A stretch of DNA of 64,000 nucleotides from Deltaproteobacteria bacterium (GTDB lineage Bacteria > Desulfobacterota > Binatia > Binatales > Binataceae). The notes under the pieces were generated by a model, which was not told where the DNA came from, did no database searches, and worked only from the letters and a program-made list of their open reading frames with translations. The stretch's first letter is position 1, and every line of letters begins with the position of its first letter. Below are positions 1 through 9,802 of this stretch, piece after piece. Where the stretch lies: assembly GCA_021780755.1 (NCBI GenBank), contig JAJXYF010000005.1:105031-169030 (forward strand), in the 5' to 3' direction. The position numbers and the translations under genes were made by a program.

Positions 1-1
1 A

Positions 2-1105
2 CAGGAGGTCGCGCCGGTCACGGCGGTGCGCGCGATTTACGGTGGCGGCGTGAACGGGCGAATCGTCGTCGAGGTCAAGGGCCGGATCGATTACGTCGTC
101 GGGCAGTTGCCGCACCAACTTATTCTGCGGGTGGCGCCGGCGGGCGAGGTGACCAATCTGGCGGCGCCGATTCTGACGCGAATGGAGCGTCGCCGATACG
201 CGCCGCCGCTCTCGTCGCCGTCGCGAGTTCACACTTCGACGGGCCCGGTCCTCGCGCGCGACGGCAACGGTACGCGTACGCAGCCGGCGGCGCCAATTGA
301 AGAAGTGGAATCAACGGCGGAGCGCGCGACGCACGAACCCAGTGTCGTGCCGCCGACGCGGATAGCATCGCGGGCCGCGGCGGGAATGCCGCCGGCGCAC
401 GCGGCGGGTCATCAGTTGGTAGTAATCGATGCGGGCCATGGCGGGCATGATCCGGGGACCGAGGCGGCCGGCGACGCCGCCGAGAAGGATATCGCGCTGC
501 AAATCGCGATGCGCTTGCGCGACGCGCTTGCGGCCCGGGGTATCGACGCGCGGTTGACCCGCGACAGCGATACGTTCCTGACGCTGGCCGAACGTACGCA
601 ATTGGCCAACGTCAATCGCGCCGATCTCTTCGTATCGATTCACCTGAATTCGAGCCCCGATGCCGAGACCGCCGGGATCGAGACCTACTACCTGAACAAT
701 ACGACCGACCGCGCGACGATTCGGCTGGCGCATATGGAAAACGACGTCGCGGGTGGCTATGGCGCGCCGGGTGAGCCCAACCTAAACTACATCCTGACCG
801 ATCTGCGGCAGCAGGATAAGGCGAACGAATCGGCCTCGCTGGCGCGGATGATCGAAGCGGAGACGGTCGCGGATATCGGCGCCTCGATGGGGATTAGAGT
901 GAACGAGTTGGGGGCAAAGCAGGGTCCATTTTATGTGTTGGTCGGCGCGCTGATGCCATCAGTGCTGGTGGAATGCGGGTTTCTCTCGAATCCGGAAGAG
1001 GCGCACTTGCTGGAATCGCCGCGGTATCAGCAGGGCCTGGCGGACGGAATCGCGCGCGCCGTAGTGCATTACTTCAACGCCGACGCGGCGGTAGGCAACC
1101 TGTGA
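2..1105 (+). CDS. N-acetylmuramoyl-L-alanine amidase (AmiC-like, Amidase_3 domain); the frame stays open to the left edge, so it is probably 5' partial
   Basis: The translation contains VVIDAGHGGHDPG, LFVSIHLNS and ECGFLSNPEE, typical of Amidase_3. There is no stop codon between position 2 and the first listed start at 26. Confidence 0.8.
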   Translation, partial: QEVAPVTAVRAIYGGGVNGRIVVEVKGRIDYVVGQLPHQLILRVAPAGEVTNLAAPILTRMERRRYAPPLSSPSRVHTSTGPVLARDGNGTRTQPAAPIEEVESTAERATHEPSVVPPTRIASRAAAGMPPAHAAGHQLVVIDAGHGGHDPGTEAAGDAAEKDIALQIAMRLRDALAARGIDARLTRDSDTFLTLAERTQLANVNRADLFVSIHLNSSPDAETAGIETYYLNNTTDRATIRLAHMENDVAGGYGAPGEPNLNYILTDLRQQDKANESASLARMIEAETVADIGASMGIRVNELGAKQGPFYVLVGALMPSVLVECGFLSNPEEAHLLESPRYQQGLADGIARAVVHYFNADAAVGNL

Positions 1106-1110
1106 GCGAG

Positions 1111-3858
1111 ATGTCTGAAGCGCTTCAGCCGGTCAGCGCAACGGCGCCGGTGCCGGCGATTCGCGACGAAGCGGCGCTGGCGGCGGAGTTCGAGCGCACG
1201 CGCACGCCCGGCGTGGTGGCGCGGGCGCATCTCGATGCGGTGCGCAACGCGCTCTTCGAGCGCCATCGCGCGGGCGCCAGCGGAACCGAAATCGTGCGGG
1301 CACTGACTGCGGCGGTGGACGATCTGATGCGCGCGCTCTTTCACTACGCCGACGCGACGCACGGGCAGCGCTTCTCGCGCCTGAATCAACGGTTGGTGAT
1401 TACGGCGCGCGGCGGCTACGGACGCCGGGAACTCAATCCCTATTCGGACATCGATCTGTTGTTTCTGCACGACTACAAGCCGGGGCCGTACACCGAAATC
1501 GTGACCGAGATCATCCTGCACGCTTTGTGGGACGCGGGTCTGACGGTTGGATACTCGGTGCGCAACTCCGCCGAATGCATCAAGATGGCGGCGGAGGATC
1601 TGAAGGAAAAAACCGCAATCCTCGATGCACGCTACCTGGCGGGCGATGAAAAGCTGTACGCGCAGTTCGACAAGGCGCTCATCGCCGACGTGCTCAATCG
1701 CAATCAGCAGGGTTTCTTCAAGGCCAAGCTGGACGAGAGCCGCAAGCGGCACAAGCAGTACGGCGAATCGATCTACCTGCTGGAACCGCAAGTGAAAGAG
1801 GGCGAAGGCGGCCTGCGCGATCTGCATACGGCGCTGTGGCTCGCGAAGGTGAAGTACAAGGTTCATGCACTGGAAGAGCTGGTGCAGAAGGCGGTCATCA
1901 CCGAGCCCGAATTGAACGAGGTGAATGCGGCGGAGGATTTTCTGTTTCGCGTGCGCAACTCACTGCACTTCCTGAGCCGGCGGCATTTCGATCAGCTCAC
2001 GTTCGAGTACCAGGAACAGATCGCGCCAATGATCGGCTTTACCGCGAGCGACGGGGCCGCCGCGAGCGCCAACCTGATGCGGACCTACTATCAGCAGGCG
2101 AGCACGATTCTGCGCTTCTCCGAGGGGCTGACCGCGCGGGTGACCGAGGACACCGAGCCGGCGCGTTTCCTGCGCCGCAGCGCCGCGCGGCAGATTCGCC
2201 CGGGAGTGTTGATCCAGGGCAACGTGCTGGGAATCGCGAGCAACGATTTCTTCAAGCGGTCGCCGCTCAACCTGATAACGATTTTCGCCGACTGCCAGAC
2301 CCACGGGGTCGAGCTCTCCGGCAGCGCCTACCAACTCGTGCGCGACAACGTCGGACTGATCGACGAGGCGATGCGCCGCGACCCGCAGACCGGCATGGCG
2401 CTGATGGGAATCTTGAGCGGGCGCGAGCGCGTGGCCGAAACGCTCGAGGCGATGCATCGGGCGGGCGTGCTCGGCGCCCTCATCCCGGAGTTCGGCAAAC
2501 TCTACGCACGCGTGCTGCACGACCTCTATCATATTTATACGGTTGACCGGCATTCGCTGGCCGCCGTGCGCGAGTTGGAGCGGCTGCGCGCGGGCGAATT
2601 CAAAACCACCAACGCACTGTTGACCGAAGTCGCGCGCGAATACACTTCGCTGCCGATCGTTTTTCTGGCGCTGGTGCTGCACGATATCGGCAAGGGCCAC
2701 GGCCATGACCATCACGAGCTGGGCGCGCAGCTCACGGTCGCGGTGTGCGAGCGGATGGGACTCGACGCCGAGGAGATGGACTTGGTGGTGTTTCTGGTGC
2801 GTGAACATTTGAAGATGTCGCAGGTGGCACAGAAGGGCGACGTCGATAATCCGAATACGGTCGAGGAGTTCGCGCGCGAGACTGGTTCGATCGATCGCTT
2901 GAAGGCGCTGTACCTGCTGACGTTCGCGGACATGCGCGCGGTCGCGCCGAAGGTTTACAACAACTGGCGCGACATGCTGCTGAGCGAGCTGTACATGCGC
3001 TCGCTCAAGATGCTCGAACATGGCGGGCGCGAGGCGGCCGATCCGGCGCGGCGGCTGGCGGTGGTCAAGGCTGCGGTGCAGGCGGAATTGACGGCGGCCA
3101 AGGCGCCCGAGAATTCCGTCAGCGAATTTCTGCGGCGGATGCCCGACCGCTATTTCCTGACCGTGCCCGAAGGCGACATCAAATTACATTTCGACATGAT
3201 GCGGGCGATCGAGGAGGGGCCGCTGGTCTGCCGCCATCGCCATTTCCCGGAGCTGGAATTCAGTGAGTTCATTGTGGTGACGCACGACCAGCCGGGACTG
3301 TTCTCAAAGATTGCGGGCGCGCTGACCGCGAACAATCTCAACATCCTGTCGGCGCGGATTACGACGCGCGACGACGGGATCGCGCTCGACGTCTTTCGCG
3401 TGTCGCATCTGGGCAGCGCGGGCGCGATCGCGATGGACGAAGATCGCTGGCCGCGGATTGAGCACGATCTCGAGCGGGTGCTCTCGGGTGAGCAGGACAT
3501 CGCGGCGTTGGTGGCGCGATCGCATCGGTCGCGATTTGGCGCACGCAAGTTCGTGCGGCGGGTGGAGACCGAAGTCACGGTCGATAATCGCAGTTCCGAG
3601 GAATTCACCGTGATAGACGTCTTCACTCAAGACCGCGTGGGGCTGCTATTTGCGATTACGAACACGCTGTTCGAGCTCGGAATGAAGATTCACGTGGCGC
3701 GCATCTCGACCAACGCGGATCAGGCGCTCGACGTTTTTTACATCAGCGATCGCGAGGGCAACAAAGTCACCGACCTCGAGCGCATGCGCTCGATCAGAGC
3801 GGCGCTGGTCGAACGGCTCGCGGAGGACCCGGGCGCGGTGGCCGCGAGTAGCGGATGA
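1111..3858 (+). CDS. glnD: Bifunctional [protein-PII] uridylyltransferase / uridylyl-removing enzyme GlnD
   Basis: Nucleotidyltransferase motif GGYGRRELNPYSDIDLLFL, HD motif VLHDIGKGHGHDH, and two C-terminal ACT-like segments. The ATG at 1111 (or the GTG at 1102, which overlaps the amidase stop as GTGA) is more plausible than the track start at 973, which lies inside the amidase gene. Confidence 0.9.
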   Translation: MSEALQPVSATAPVPAIRDEAALAAEFERTRTPGVVARAHLDAVRNALFERHRAGASGTEIVRALTAAVDDLMRALFHYADATHGQRFSRLNQRLVITARGGYGRRELNPYSDIDLLFLHDYKPGPYTEIVTEIILHALWDAGLTVGYSVRNSAECIKMAAEDLKEKTAILDARYLAGDEKLYAQFDKALIADVLNRNQQGFFKAKLDESRKRHKQYGESIYLLEPQVKEGEGGLRDLHTALWLAKVKYKVHALEELVQKAVITEPELNEVNAAEDFLFRVRNSLHFLSRRHFDQLTFEYQEQIAPMIGFTASDGAAASANLMRTYYQQASTILRFSEGLTARVTEDTEPARFLRRSAARQIRPGVLIQGNVLGIASNDFFKRSPLNLITIFADCQTHGVELSGSAYQLVRDNVGLIDEAMRRDPQTGMALMGILSGRERVAETLEAMHRAGVLGALIPEFGKLYARVLHDLYHIYTVDRHSLAAVRELERLRAGEFKTTNALLTEVAREYTSLPIVFLALVLHDIGKGHGHDHHELGAQLTVAVCERMGLDAEEMDLVVFLVREHLKMSQVAQKGDVDNPNTVEEFARETGSIDRLKALYLLTFADMRAVAPKVYNNWRDMLLSELYMRSLKMLEHGGREAADPARRLAVVKAAVQAELTAAKAPENSVSEFLRRMPDRYFLTVPEGDIKLHFDMMRAIEEGPLVCRHRHFPELEFSEFIVVTHDQPGLFSKIAGALTANNLNILSARITTRDDGIALDVFRVSHLGSAGAIAMDEDRWPRIEHDLERVLSGEQDIAALVARSHRSRFGARKFVRRVETEVTVDNRSSEEFTVIDVFTQDRVGLLFAITNTLFELGMKIHVARISTNADQALDVFYISDREGNKVTDLERMRSIRAALVERLAEDPGAVAASSG

Positions 3859-4907
3859 GCCAGCCGGTCCTGGCCAGGCGGCGGAATGCCCGGAGGGGCG
3901 CGGTGGAGGAAGTGGAAAACGCGGGCAAAATCGATTGGGACGAGCTGATCGAGCTGCACCTGGCGCGCCAGGCAGTCGAGCGCGGGCTCAGCCGCAATTC
4001 GCTCGAGGCCTATGGCGGCGACCTGCGCGACTTTCAGAACTTCTGCCGCGACCGCGGGGTTGAGCCACGGGCCCTGGACGTCGCGGCGATCACGGCTTAC
4101 CTCGAAGACCTGGCGACGCGTGAGTATCGCGTCACCAGCCAGCGGCGACATCTGGCGGCGGTGCGCGGGCTGATCCGGGAAATGATCGAGCGCAAGATTC
4201 TTGATCGCGATCCGGCGAGCGCGCTCAAGCTGCGGCCGCATCCGCGACCGCTGCCGCGAACGCTGGGACGCGCCGATACGGCGGCGCTGATCGAGGTGAT
4301 CGATACCGGCACGCTGCGCGGCAAGCGCGATCGCGCGATGCTTGAGTTGGCCTATGGGTGCGGCTTGCGGGTGTCGGAACTGGTCGGGCTCAAGCGCAAC
4401 CAGGTGAATCTCGAGGCGCGCGTGTTGATCGTGATTGGCAAAGGCGACAAGGAGCGTATCGTGCCAGTGGGCGGTGCGGCGCTGCGCGCCTTGAAGGCGT
4501 ATCTCCTCGCGCGCCAGAAGGCTACGTTGGAGCAAACTGCTGCCGATGGCCGCGGACGCCGGCGTGCCGACGCTCCCGCGATGCGGCCGAGCGCGGCGGT
4601 CTTTATCACCCGGCTGGGCCGTGCGATGACGCGGCAAGGTTTTTTCAAGGCGCTCAAGGGCTGGGCCGCGGACGATCCGCGGCTCGCATGGATCAGTCCG
4701 CATACGCTGCGCCATTGCTTTGCGACCCATCTGCTGGAGGGCGGCGCCGATTTGCGTGCGGTGCAGGAGATGCTCGGCCATAGCGACATTTCGACCACGC
4801 AAATCTATACCCATCTGTCGCGCGGCCATTTGCGCAAGGTTCATCGCACGTTCCATCCACGGGCCACGCGTGCCGCGATTTTCGTGGCCCAAAAGACGGA
4901 AGACTGA
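3855..4907 (+). CDS. xerD: Tyrosine site-specific recombinase XerD
   Basis: C-terminal catalytic region HTLRHCFATHLLEGGADLRAVQEMLGHSDISTTQIYTH and N-terminal ERGLSRNSLEAYGGDL (XerD-like). The start overlaps the glnD stop (ATGA). Confidence 0.8.
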   Translation: MSQPVLARRRNARRGAVEEVENAGKIDWDELIELHLARQAVERGLSRNSLEAYGGDLRDFQNFCRDRGVEPRALDVAAITAYLEDLATREYRVTSQRRHLAAVRGLIREMIERKILDRDPASALKLRPHPRPLPRTLGRADTAALIEVIDTGTLRGKRDRAMLELAYGCGLRVSELVGLKRNQVNLEARVLIVIGKGDKERIVPVGGAALRALKAYLLARQKATLEQTAADGRGRRRADAPAMRPSAAVFITRLGRAMTRQGFFKALKGWAADDPRLAWISPHTLRHCFATHLLEGGADLRAVQEMLGHSDISTTQIYTHLSRGHLRKVHRTFHPRATRAAIFVAQKTED

Positions 4908-5555
4908 ATGGACGGGTCGCATGGATTTGCCGGGGAGCTACTGCTCTGGGCGGTGCCGATCGTTGTCGCGATCATTCTGCACGAGGTGATGCACGGCGTG
5001 GTCGCGCGAATGCTCGGTGACGACACCGCGTCGCGCGCCGGCCGCCTCACGCTCAATCCGCTCGCGCATATCGATCCATTCGGCACAATTATCCTGCCCG
5101 CGATCCTGCTCTTCGCGCACGCGCCGGTGTTTGGTTACGCGAAGCCGGTGCCGGTCGATTTCAGCCGGTTGCATCCACGCCGCGCCGGTATGATCGCGGT
5201 TGCCGCCGCCGGTCCGTTGACGAATCTGACTCTCGCGGTGTTGAGTGCCGAGGCCTTTCGCCGGTTGATTGCCGGGCTCGATCCGTCGGCGGGCTTCACG
5301 TCGCATCGACTGTTGAGCCAGATGGCGCTAGCGTCGTGCATCATCAATATCGAGTTGGCCGTCTTCAATCTTCTTCCGCTGCTGCCGCTCGACGGTGGCC
5401 GCGTCCTCGCGGGGCTCCTGCCGCTGCGCCTCGCGCGCCCCTTCGCGAGGCTGGAGCGCTTCGGATTTCTGATATTGTTGTTGCTGCTGTACACGAACAC
5501 GGTGAATGCGGTGATCAATCCAATCATCAACGCAATCGCGCGGGCGCTGCTGTGA
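4908..5555 (+). CDS. Site-2 protease family (peptidase M50) membrane metalloprotease
   Basis: HEVMHG zinc motif and NLLPLLPLDGG motif, with a multi-pass hydrophobic profile. The ATG immediately follows the xerD stop. Confidence 0.8.
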   Translation: MDGSHGFAGELLLWAVPIVVAIILHEVMHGVVARMLGDDTASRAGRLTLNPLAHIDPFGTIILPAILLFAHAPVFGYAKPVPVDFSRLHPRRAGMIAVAAAGPLTNLTLAVLSAEAFRRLIAGLDPSAGFTSHRLLSQMALASCIINIELAVFNLLPLLPLDGGRVLAGLLPLRLARPFARLERFGFLILLLLLYTNTVNAVINPIINAIARALL

Positions 5556-6418
5556 ACGACGAAGGGACTCCACTCAAATTCGAAGGCGATAGTGGTGGCA
5601 TGCGCTTTCGCCTGCCGATCTACGAGGGACCGCTCGACCTGTTGCTGCATCTGATCAAGCGCGCTGAGCTCGATCCCCAGGCCGTCACCACCAGCATCAT
5701 CACGGAGCAGTATCTCGAACAGTTGAACCTGATGGAGCAGCTCAATCTCGACGTCGCCGGCGAGTACCTGGTGATGGCGGCGACGCTGCTCCTGATCAAA
5801 TCGTTCGCGTTGCTGCCGCATCCGGAACTGGCCGACACCGAGGAGGCCGAGGATCTCAAGCGCGACCTGGTCGAGCGGCTGCTCGAGTACCAGCGCTATC
5901 GCGAGGCCGCCGCCAAGCTCGGCGATCGCGCGTTGCTCGGGCGCGACGTTTTTGCCGCCGCGGGCGAGCCGGTGCCCGAAGAGCAGGAGCCCACCGCGCC
6001 GTTCGAGGTGTCGATCTTCGACCTGGTGAGCGCGATGGCCGCGGTGCTGAAGCGCCTTGGCGATCGCACTCCGCGCCGCATCGAGCTGCGCGATATCCCG
6101 GTCGCCCAATGCATCCCGCGCATTCTCGCCGCTCTCGGCGAAGGCGAACGCGTCGAGTTCACGACGCTGTTCGACGACCTGGCCGACCGTCCGCTGATGA
6201 TCGCGACCTTCATGGCGCTGCTCGAACTCATCCGGCGCGGCGCCGTGCGCGTATGGCAGGACGAGCGGCACGGTCCGATTCTGCTCGGCCGCGGCGATCG
6301 CTTCGGCGTCCAGGAACCCAATTCGGCCGGCGCCGACGGCGGCGAAAATATTCAGGACAATGGCGGCGCCGACAGCGTGGCCGACGAAATCAGCGAGGCA
6401 GGAGAGCGCGGCAAATAG
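5552..6418 (+). CDS. scpA: Segregation and condensation protein A (kleisin ScpA)
   Basis: N-terminus LPIYEGPLDLLLHLIKRAELDPQAVTTSIITEQYLEQL is a classic ScpA sequence. The GTG at 5552 overlaps the M50 stop (GTGA), and an alternative ATG lies at 5600. The track start at 5336 is inside the M50 gene. Confidence 0.85.
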   Translation: MNDEGTPLKFEGDSGGMRFRLPIYEGPLDLLLHLIKRAELDPQAVTTSIITEQYLEQLNLMEQLNLDVAGEYLVMAATLLLIKSFALLPHPELADTEEAEDLKRDLVERLLEYQRYREAAAKLGDRALLGRDVFAAAGEPVPEEQEPTAPFEVSIFDLVSAMAAVLKRLGDRTPRRIELRDIPVAQCIPRILAALGEGERVEFTTLFDDLADRPLMIATFMALLELIRRGAVRVWQDERHGPILLGRGDRFGVQEPNSAGADGGENIQDNGGADSVADEISEAGERGK

Positions 6419-6434
6419 CTCCGCGCGCGAAGCG

Positions 6435-7226
6435 GTGGAAGAAGAACGTCTCAAGGCGATCCTGGAAAGCCTGCTGTTCGCGGCGGCGGAACCGGTGGCG
6501 TTGTCGCAACTCGTCACGGTGCTCGAGAGCGTCGCGCGCGACGACATCAAAAAGGCCCTCGGCGAGATGGCGGTAGCTTACGCCTCGGGCGGTCGCGGCA
6601 TCGTGCTCGAGGAAGTGGCCAACGGCTATCAACTGCGCACGCCCAGGGAACACGCGCTCTACGTGCGCAAATTGCTGGCGGCCAAGCCGCCGCGGCTCAG
6701 CCGTCCACTGCTCGAGACGGTCGCGATCGTCGCCTATCGCCAGCCGATCACGCGGCCCGAAATCGAGCAACTGCGCGGCGTCGATTGCGGCGGAGTGCTC
6801 GATACGCTGATCGAGCGGCGGCTGATCCACATCGCGGGACGCAAAGAGGCGCCCGGCCGTCCGATCATGTACACCACCACGCGCGAATTTCTCGAACTGT
6901 TCGGCCTCAAGGACTTGAGCGGCCTGCCCGACCTCGAGGAACTGCGGCTGATCGAGACGCCGCGCGAGCAGCCGCTTTTCGCCAACCCCGACAGCTCCGA
7001 TTTAGCGGGCGCGTCCGACGGCGCGCAGCCCGCGGAAGATTTGGCTGTCCCGGAGTTTGCCGAAACTGATCCAGCTATCGAGACTGCTACTGCTGATTTC
7101 GAGGCGGCGCAACCGGAGCATCCCCTTGAGCCCGACGCGCGCACGGAAGCCATCGCCGCTTCAGCCGACGAAGCGGCGGATGGTGAGTCGGAATCACCTC
7201 CCGCCGATACCGAGGATCACGATTAG
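6435..7226 (+). CDS. scpB: Segregation and condensation protein B (ScpB) with an acidic C-terminal tail
   Basis: LKAILESLLFAAAEPVALSQL ... GYQLRT ... RLSRPLLETVAIVAYRQPITRPEIEQLRGV matches the ScpB winged-helix repeats. The start is uncertain: GTG at 6435 just after the scpA stop, or the track start at 6360. Confidence 0.8.
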   Translation: MEEERLKAILESLLFAAAEPVALSQLVTVLESVARDDIKKALGEMAVAYASGGRGIVLEEVANGYQLRTPREHALYVRKLLAAKPPRLSRPLLETVAIVAYRQPITRPEIEQLRGVDCGGVLDTLIERRLIHIAGRKEAPGRPIMYTTTREFLELFGLKDLSGLPDLEELRLIETPREQPLFANPDSSDLAGASDGAQPAEDLAVPEFAETDPAIETATADFEAAQPEHPLEPDARTEAIAASADEAADGESESPPADTEDHD

Positions 7227-7308
7227 ACGCGGACGCGCGTCGCCTCGCGGCAAAATCGGCATCAAGCGGTGACGGTGCGTTGGGCCTACCGTCCCAGCGG
7301 CGCCGAAA

Positions 7309-8754
7309 CTAGCCTTCGCTTTCCTCGAAGTAGCCGCCCTGCGCCGCGTAGTTCTCGAAGCGCGTGAACTGGCTCAGGTAGGTCAGCTTCGCGGTGTCGG
7401 TGGGTCCGTTACGCTGTTTGGCCACGATGATCTCGGCGACCCCAGGCTCCTTGGTGTCGCGATGATAAACTTCGTCGCGATAGATGAACGCGATAACGTC
7501 GGCGTCCTGCTCAATCGCGCCTGATTCGCGCAGATCGGCGAGCAACGGGCGGCGCTCAGGCCGCGTCTCGACCTGTCGATTCAACTGCGACAGCGCGATC
7601 ACCGGCACACGCAGTTCCTTGGCCAATGCCTTGAGCGACCGTGACACTTCGGCGATTTCCTTTTCGCGCGACTCGCCCGGCCGCGATGAACGCATTAACT
7701 GAAGATAATCGACGATTACCAGTCCGAGGCGGGAGTCCCGCTCCCGCATCAGCCGGCGGCATTTCGCCTTGAGCACGATCGGCGACATGTCCGAGCTGTC
7801 ATCGATAAAGATCGGCGCCTCGGAAAGTCGCGCCGCCGCCTGCGCCAGCTTGGGAAAGTCGCGTTCGCTGAGGAAGCCCGCGCGCGCCTTCGAGCTGTCA
7901 ACTCGCGCCTCCGAGCAGAGCAGGCGCAGGACGAGTTGTTCCTTCGACATTTCGAGCGAAAAGAACGCGACGCCCACGCGCGGGTCGGCGTCCATCGCGG
8001 CGTAGGCGCAGAGATTCAGCGCCAGCGCGGTTTTGCCCATGCTCGGGCGCGCCGCGATGATCACCAGGTCCGACGGCTGCAAGCCCGCCGTGATCCGATC
8101 GAGATCGATAAAGCCGGTCGGCACCCCGGTGACAAGTTCCTTGTTCTCATAGAGCCGCTCGATCATTTTGAGCGAGTCGCGCGTGAGCACGCTCATCGAG
8201 GGGAACGACTGCCGGATGCGGCGCTCGGAAATCTCGAAGATGCGATGCTCGGCGGTGTCGAGGAACTCTTCGACGTTGGCGGGCGCGTCGAAGGCGCCCG
8301 ACGCAATCTCGGTGGCGGTCGAAGCCAGCGCGCGCAGGACGGCCTTCTCGCGTACGATGCGCGCGTAGTGCGCGACATTGGCGGCAGTCGGCACGCAAGC
8401 CGCCAGCTCGGCGATATATCCCGCTCCGCCAATCGCTTCGAGCGCGCCCTTGGTGCGCAGCAATTCGCTCAGCGTGATCGCGTCAACCGGCTTGTTGTGC
8501 TCGGTCAGATCGACCATCGCGCGGAAGATTTCGCGATGGGTCTCGCGATAGAAATCCTCCGCGCTCACGATTTCGAGCGCCTGATTTATAGCGTCGTTGT
8601 CGAGCAGAATTGCCCCAAGCACCGATTGCTCGGCGTCAAGGTTCTGTGGAGGAACACGCTTGAGAATATCGTCCGCCGCTGCCGCCGCCACCTGCAACCC
8701 CCGCCGCCACTCAATCAAACCGTGAGTCGAACCGCCGAACGAAGAGCAAACCAA
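7309..8754 (-). CDS. dnaB: Replicative DNA helicase DnaB
   Basis: VPPQNLDAEQSVLGAILLDN, Walker A ARPSMGKTALALN, and IVDYLQLM ... SQLNR motifs. The true start may be internal (TTG/GTG near 8694-8700, after a G-rich stretch). Confidence 0.9.
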   Translation of the reverse strand: MVCSSFGGSTHGLIEWRRGLQVAAAAADDILKRVPPQNLDAEQSVLGAILLDNDAINQALEIVSAEDFYRETHREIFRAMVDLTEHNKPVDAITLSELLRTKGALEAIGGAGYIAELAACVPTAANVAHYARIVREKAVLRALASTATEIASGAFDAPANVEEFLDTAEHRIFEISERRIRQSFPSMSVLTRDSLKMIERLYENKELVTGVPTGFIDLDRITAGLQPSDLVIIAARPSMGKTALALNLCAYAAMDADPRVGVAFFSLEMSKEQLVLRLLCSEARVDSSKARAGFLSERDFPKLAQAAARLSEAPIFIDDSSDMSPIVLKAKCRRLMRERDSRLGLVIVDYLQLMRSSRPGESREKEIAEVSRSLKALAKELRVPVIALSQLNRQVETRPERRPLLADLRESGAIEQDADVIAFIYRDEVYHRDTKEPGVAEIIVAKQRNGPTDTAKLTYLSQFTRFENYAAQGGYFEESEG

Positions 8755-8851
8755 CCTGCCCGAGACAACAACAGTATCCGCATCCGCAAATGCGCCAGCA
8801 AGTATGCTCGCGCTGCGTGCACTTCATCTATGCACACCGTCCACAGCTCGA

Positions 8852-9553
8852 TCATGCGCGGCGTGCGCGGCGCGGTGGCGCCGGGTGATGGTGTGCCAGT
8901 AACGGGGCGGCGGCGATCCCGAACAGGAATCCTCCCACGTGCGCCCACCACGCTACTCCGCCCATCAGCGGACCCGCCGCGCCGGAAGCGATTCCCGCGT
9001 AAAGCTGGGCGACGAACCAGACCAGCAGGTAGAAGTAGGCGCGAATCTCGACCACCGGCCAGAAGATCACCAACGGCACGATTGTGGTGATCCGTCCGCG
9101 CGGATAAAGCACGAAATACGCGCCGAGTACGCCGGCGATCGCGCCGCTCGCGCCGATCACCGGCACGCGCGAGTCCGGCCCCATCGCGATCATCGCAAGT
9201 CCGGCCGCCGCTGCCGCCCACAGGTAGAACAGCAGATAGCGCGGCGTGCCCATGCGTTCCTCCACCGCTGGCCCGAAGATGAACAGGTAAAGCATGTTGC
9301 CCGCGATGTGGAAAAATCCGGCGTGCAGAAACGTTGCCGTGAAGATCGTCGCGATCGCATGCAGCGCAAGTTCCGGGTGGGCGAGGTGCTCATGCGTCAC
9401 GCGCGCCGGCACCATCGCATAGCGCGCGAGCATCGCATTGGCGCGATGGCCGAGCTTCACCTCGAGCGCGAACACCGCGATATTCGCCAGAATCAGGATC
9501 GTGTTCGCCGGCGCCAGCCGATGCGTCGCCTCGCTGTCGCGCAGCGGAATCAT
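8852..9553 (-). CDS. Rhomboid family intramembrane serine protease
   Basis: GASGAIAGVLGAY catalytic serine motif, HxxGNMLYLF and WAHVGGFLFG, with a six-TM-like hydrophobicity profile. Confidence 0.8.
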   Translation of the reverse strand: MIPLRDSEATHRLAPANTILILANIAVFALEVKLGHRANAMLARYAMVPARVTHEHLAHPELALHAIATIFTATFLHAGFFHIAGNMLYLFIFGPAVEERMGTPRYLLFYLWAAAAAGLAMIAMGPDSRVPVIGASGAIAGVLGAYFVLYPRGRITTIVPLVIFWPVVEIRAYFYLLVWFVAQLYAGIASGAAGPLMGGVAWWAHVGGFLFGIAAAPLLAHHHPAPPRRARRA

Positions 9554-9802
9554 TGCTTAACCCTCACGCACGCGTCATCGTCGCGGCCGCATCCCGAAAG
9601 CGTCGCGCCCGGTATGTTACCAGACCGCGCCGCCGGCGCGAGCGTCGCCGCTTGAGCGCGATGGCATTGTGTGCGAAAGAAAGTTCGTGCGCCGGCATCC
9701 GCCGCCTGTCCGCGGTTGCGCGGCCGTTCAATCAGTCTCACTGCTCGAATTTCGCAACACCCGCCCGCAGGCGGAGCGCAAAGCAAACACCCGGAGGTAA
9801 AT

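Noticed and set aside
9671-9802. Longer N-terminal extensions offered by the ORF track for several genes (9671 for dienelactone hydrolase, 973 for glnD, 5336 for scpA, 12092 for VOC, 34507 for methyltransferase, 40679 for crotonase, 58117 for LLM, 63138 for flavin reductase, 45051 for the mini-protein, 51832 for methyltransferase).
   Set aside because: The extensions overlap upstream genes or repeat elements and encode Arg/Pro-rich nonsense. Downstream ATG/GTG codons with Shine-Dalgarno-like sequences coincide with the beginning of family-typical sequence.
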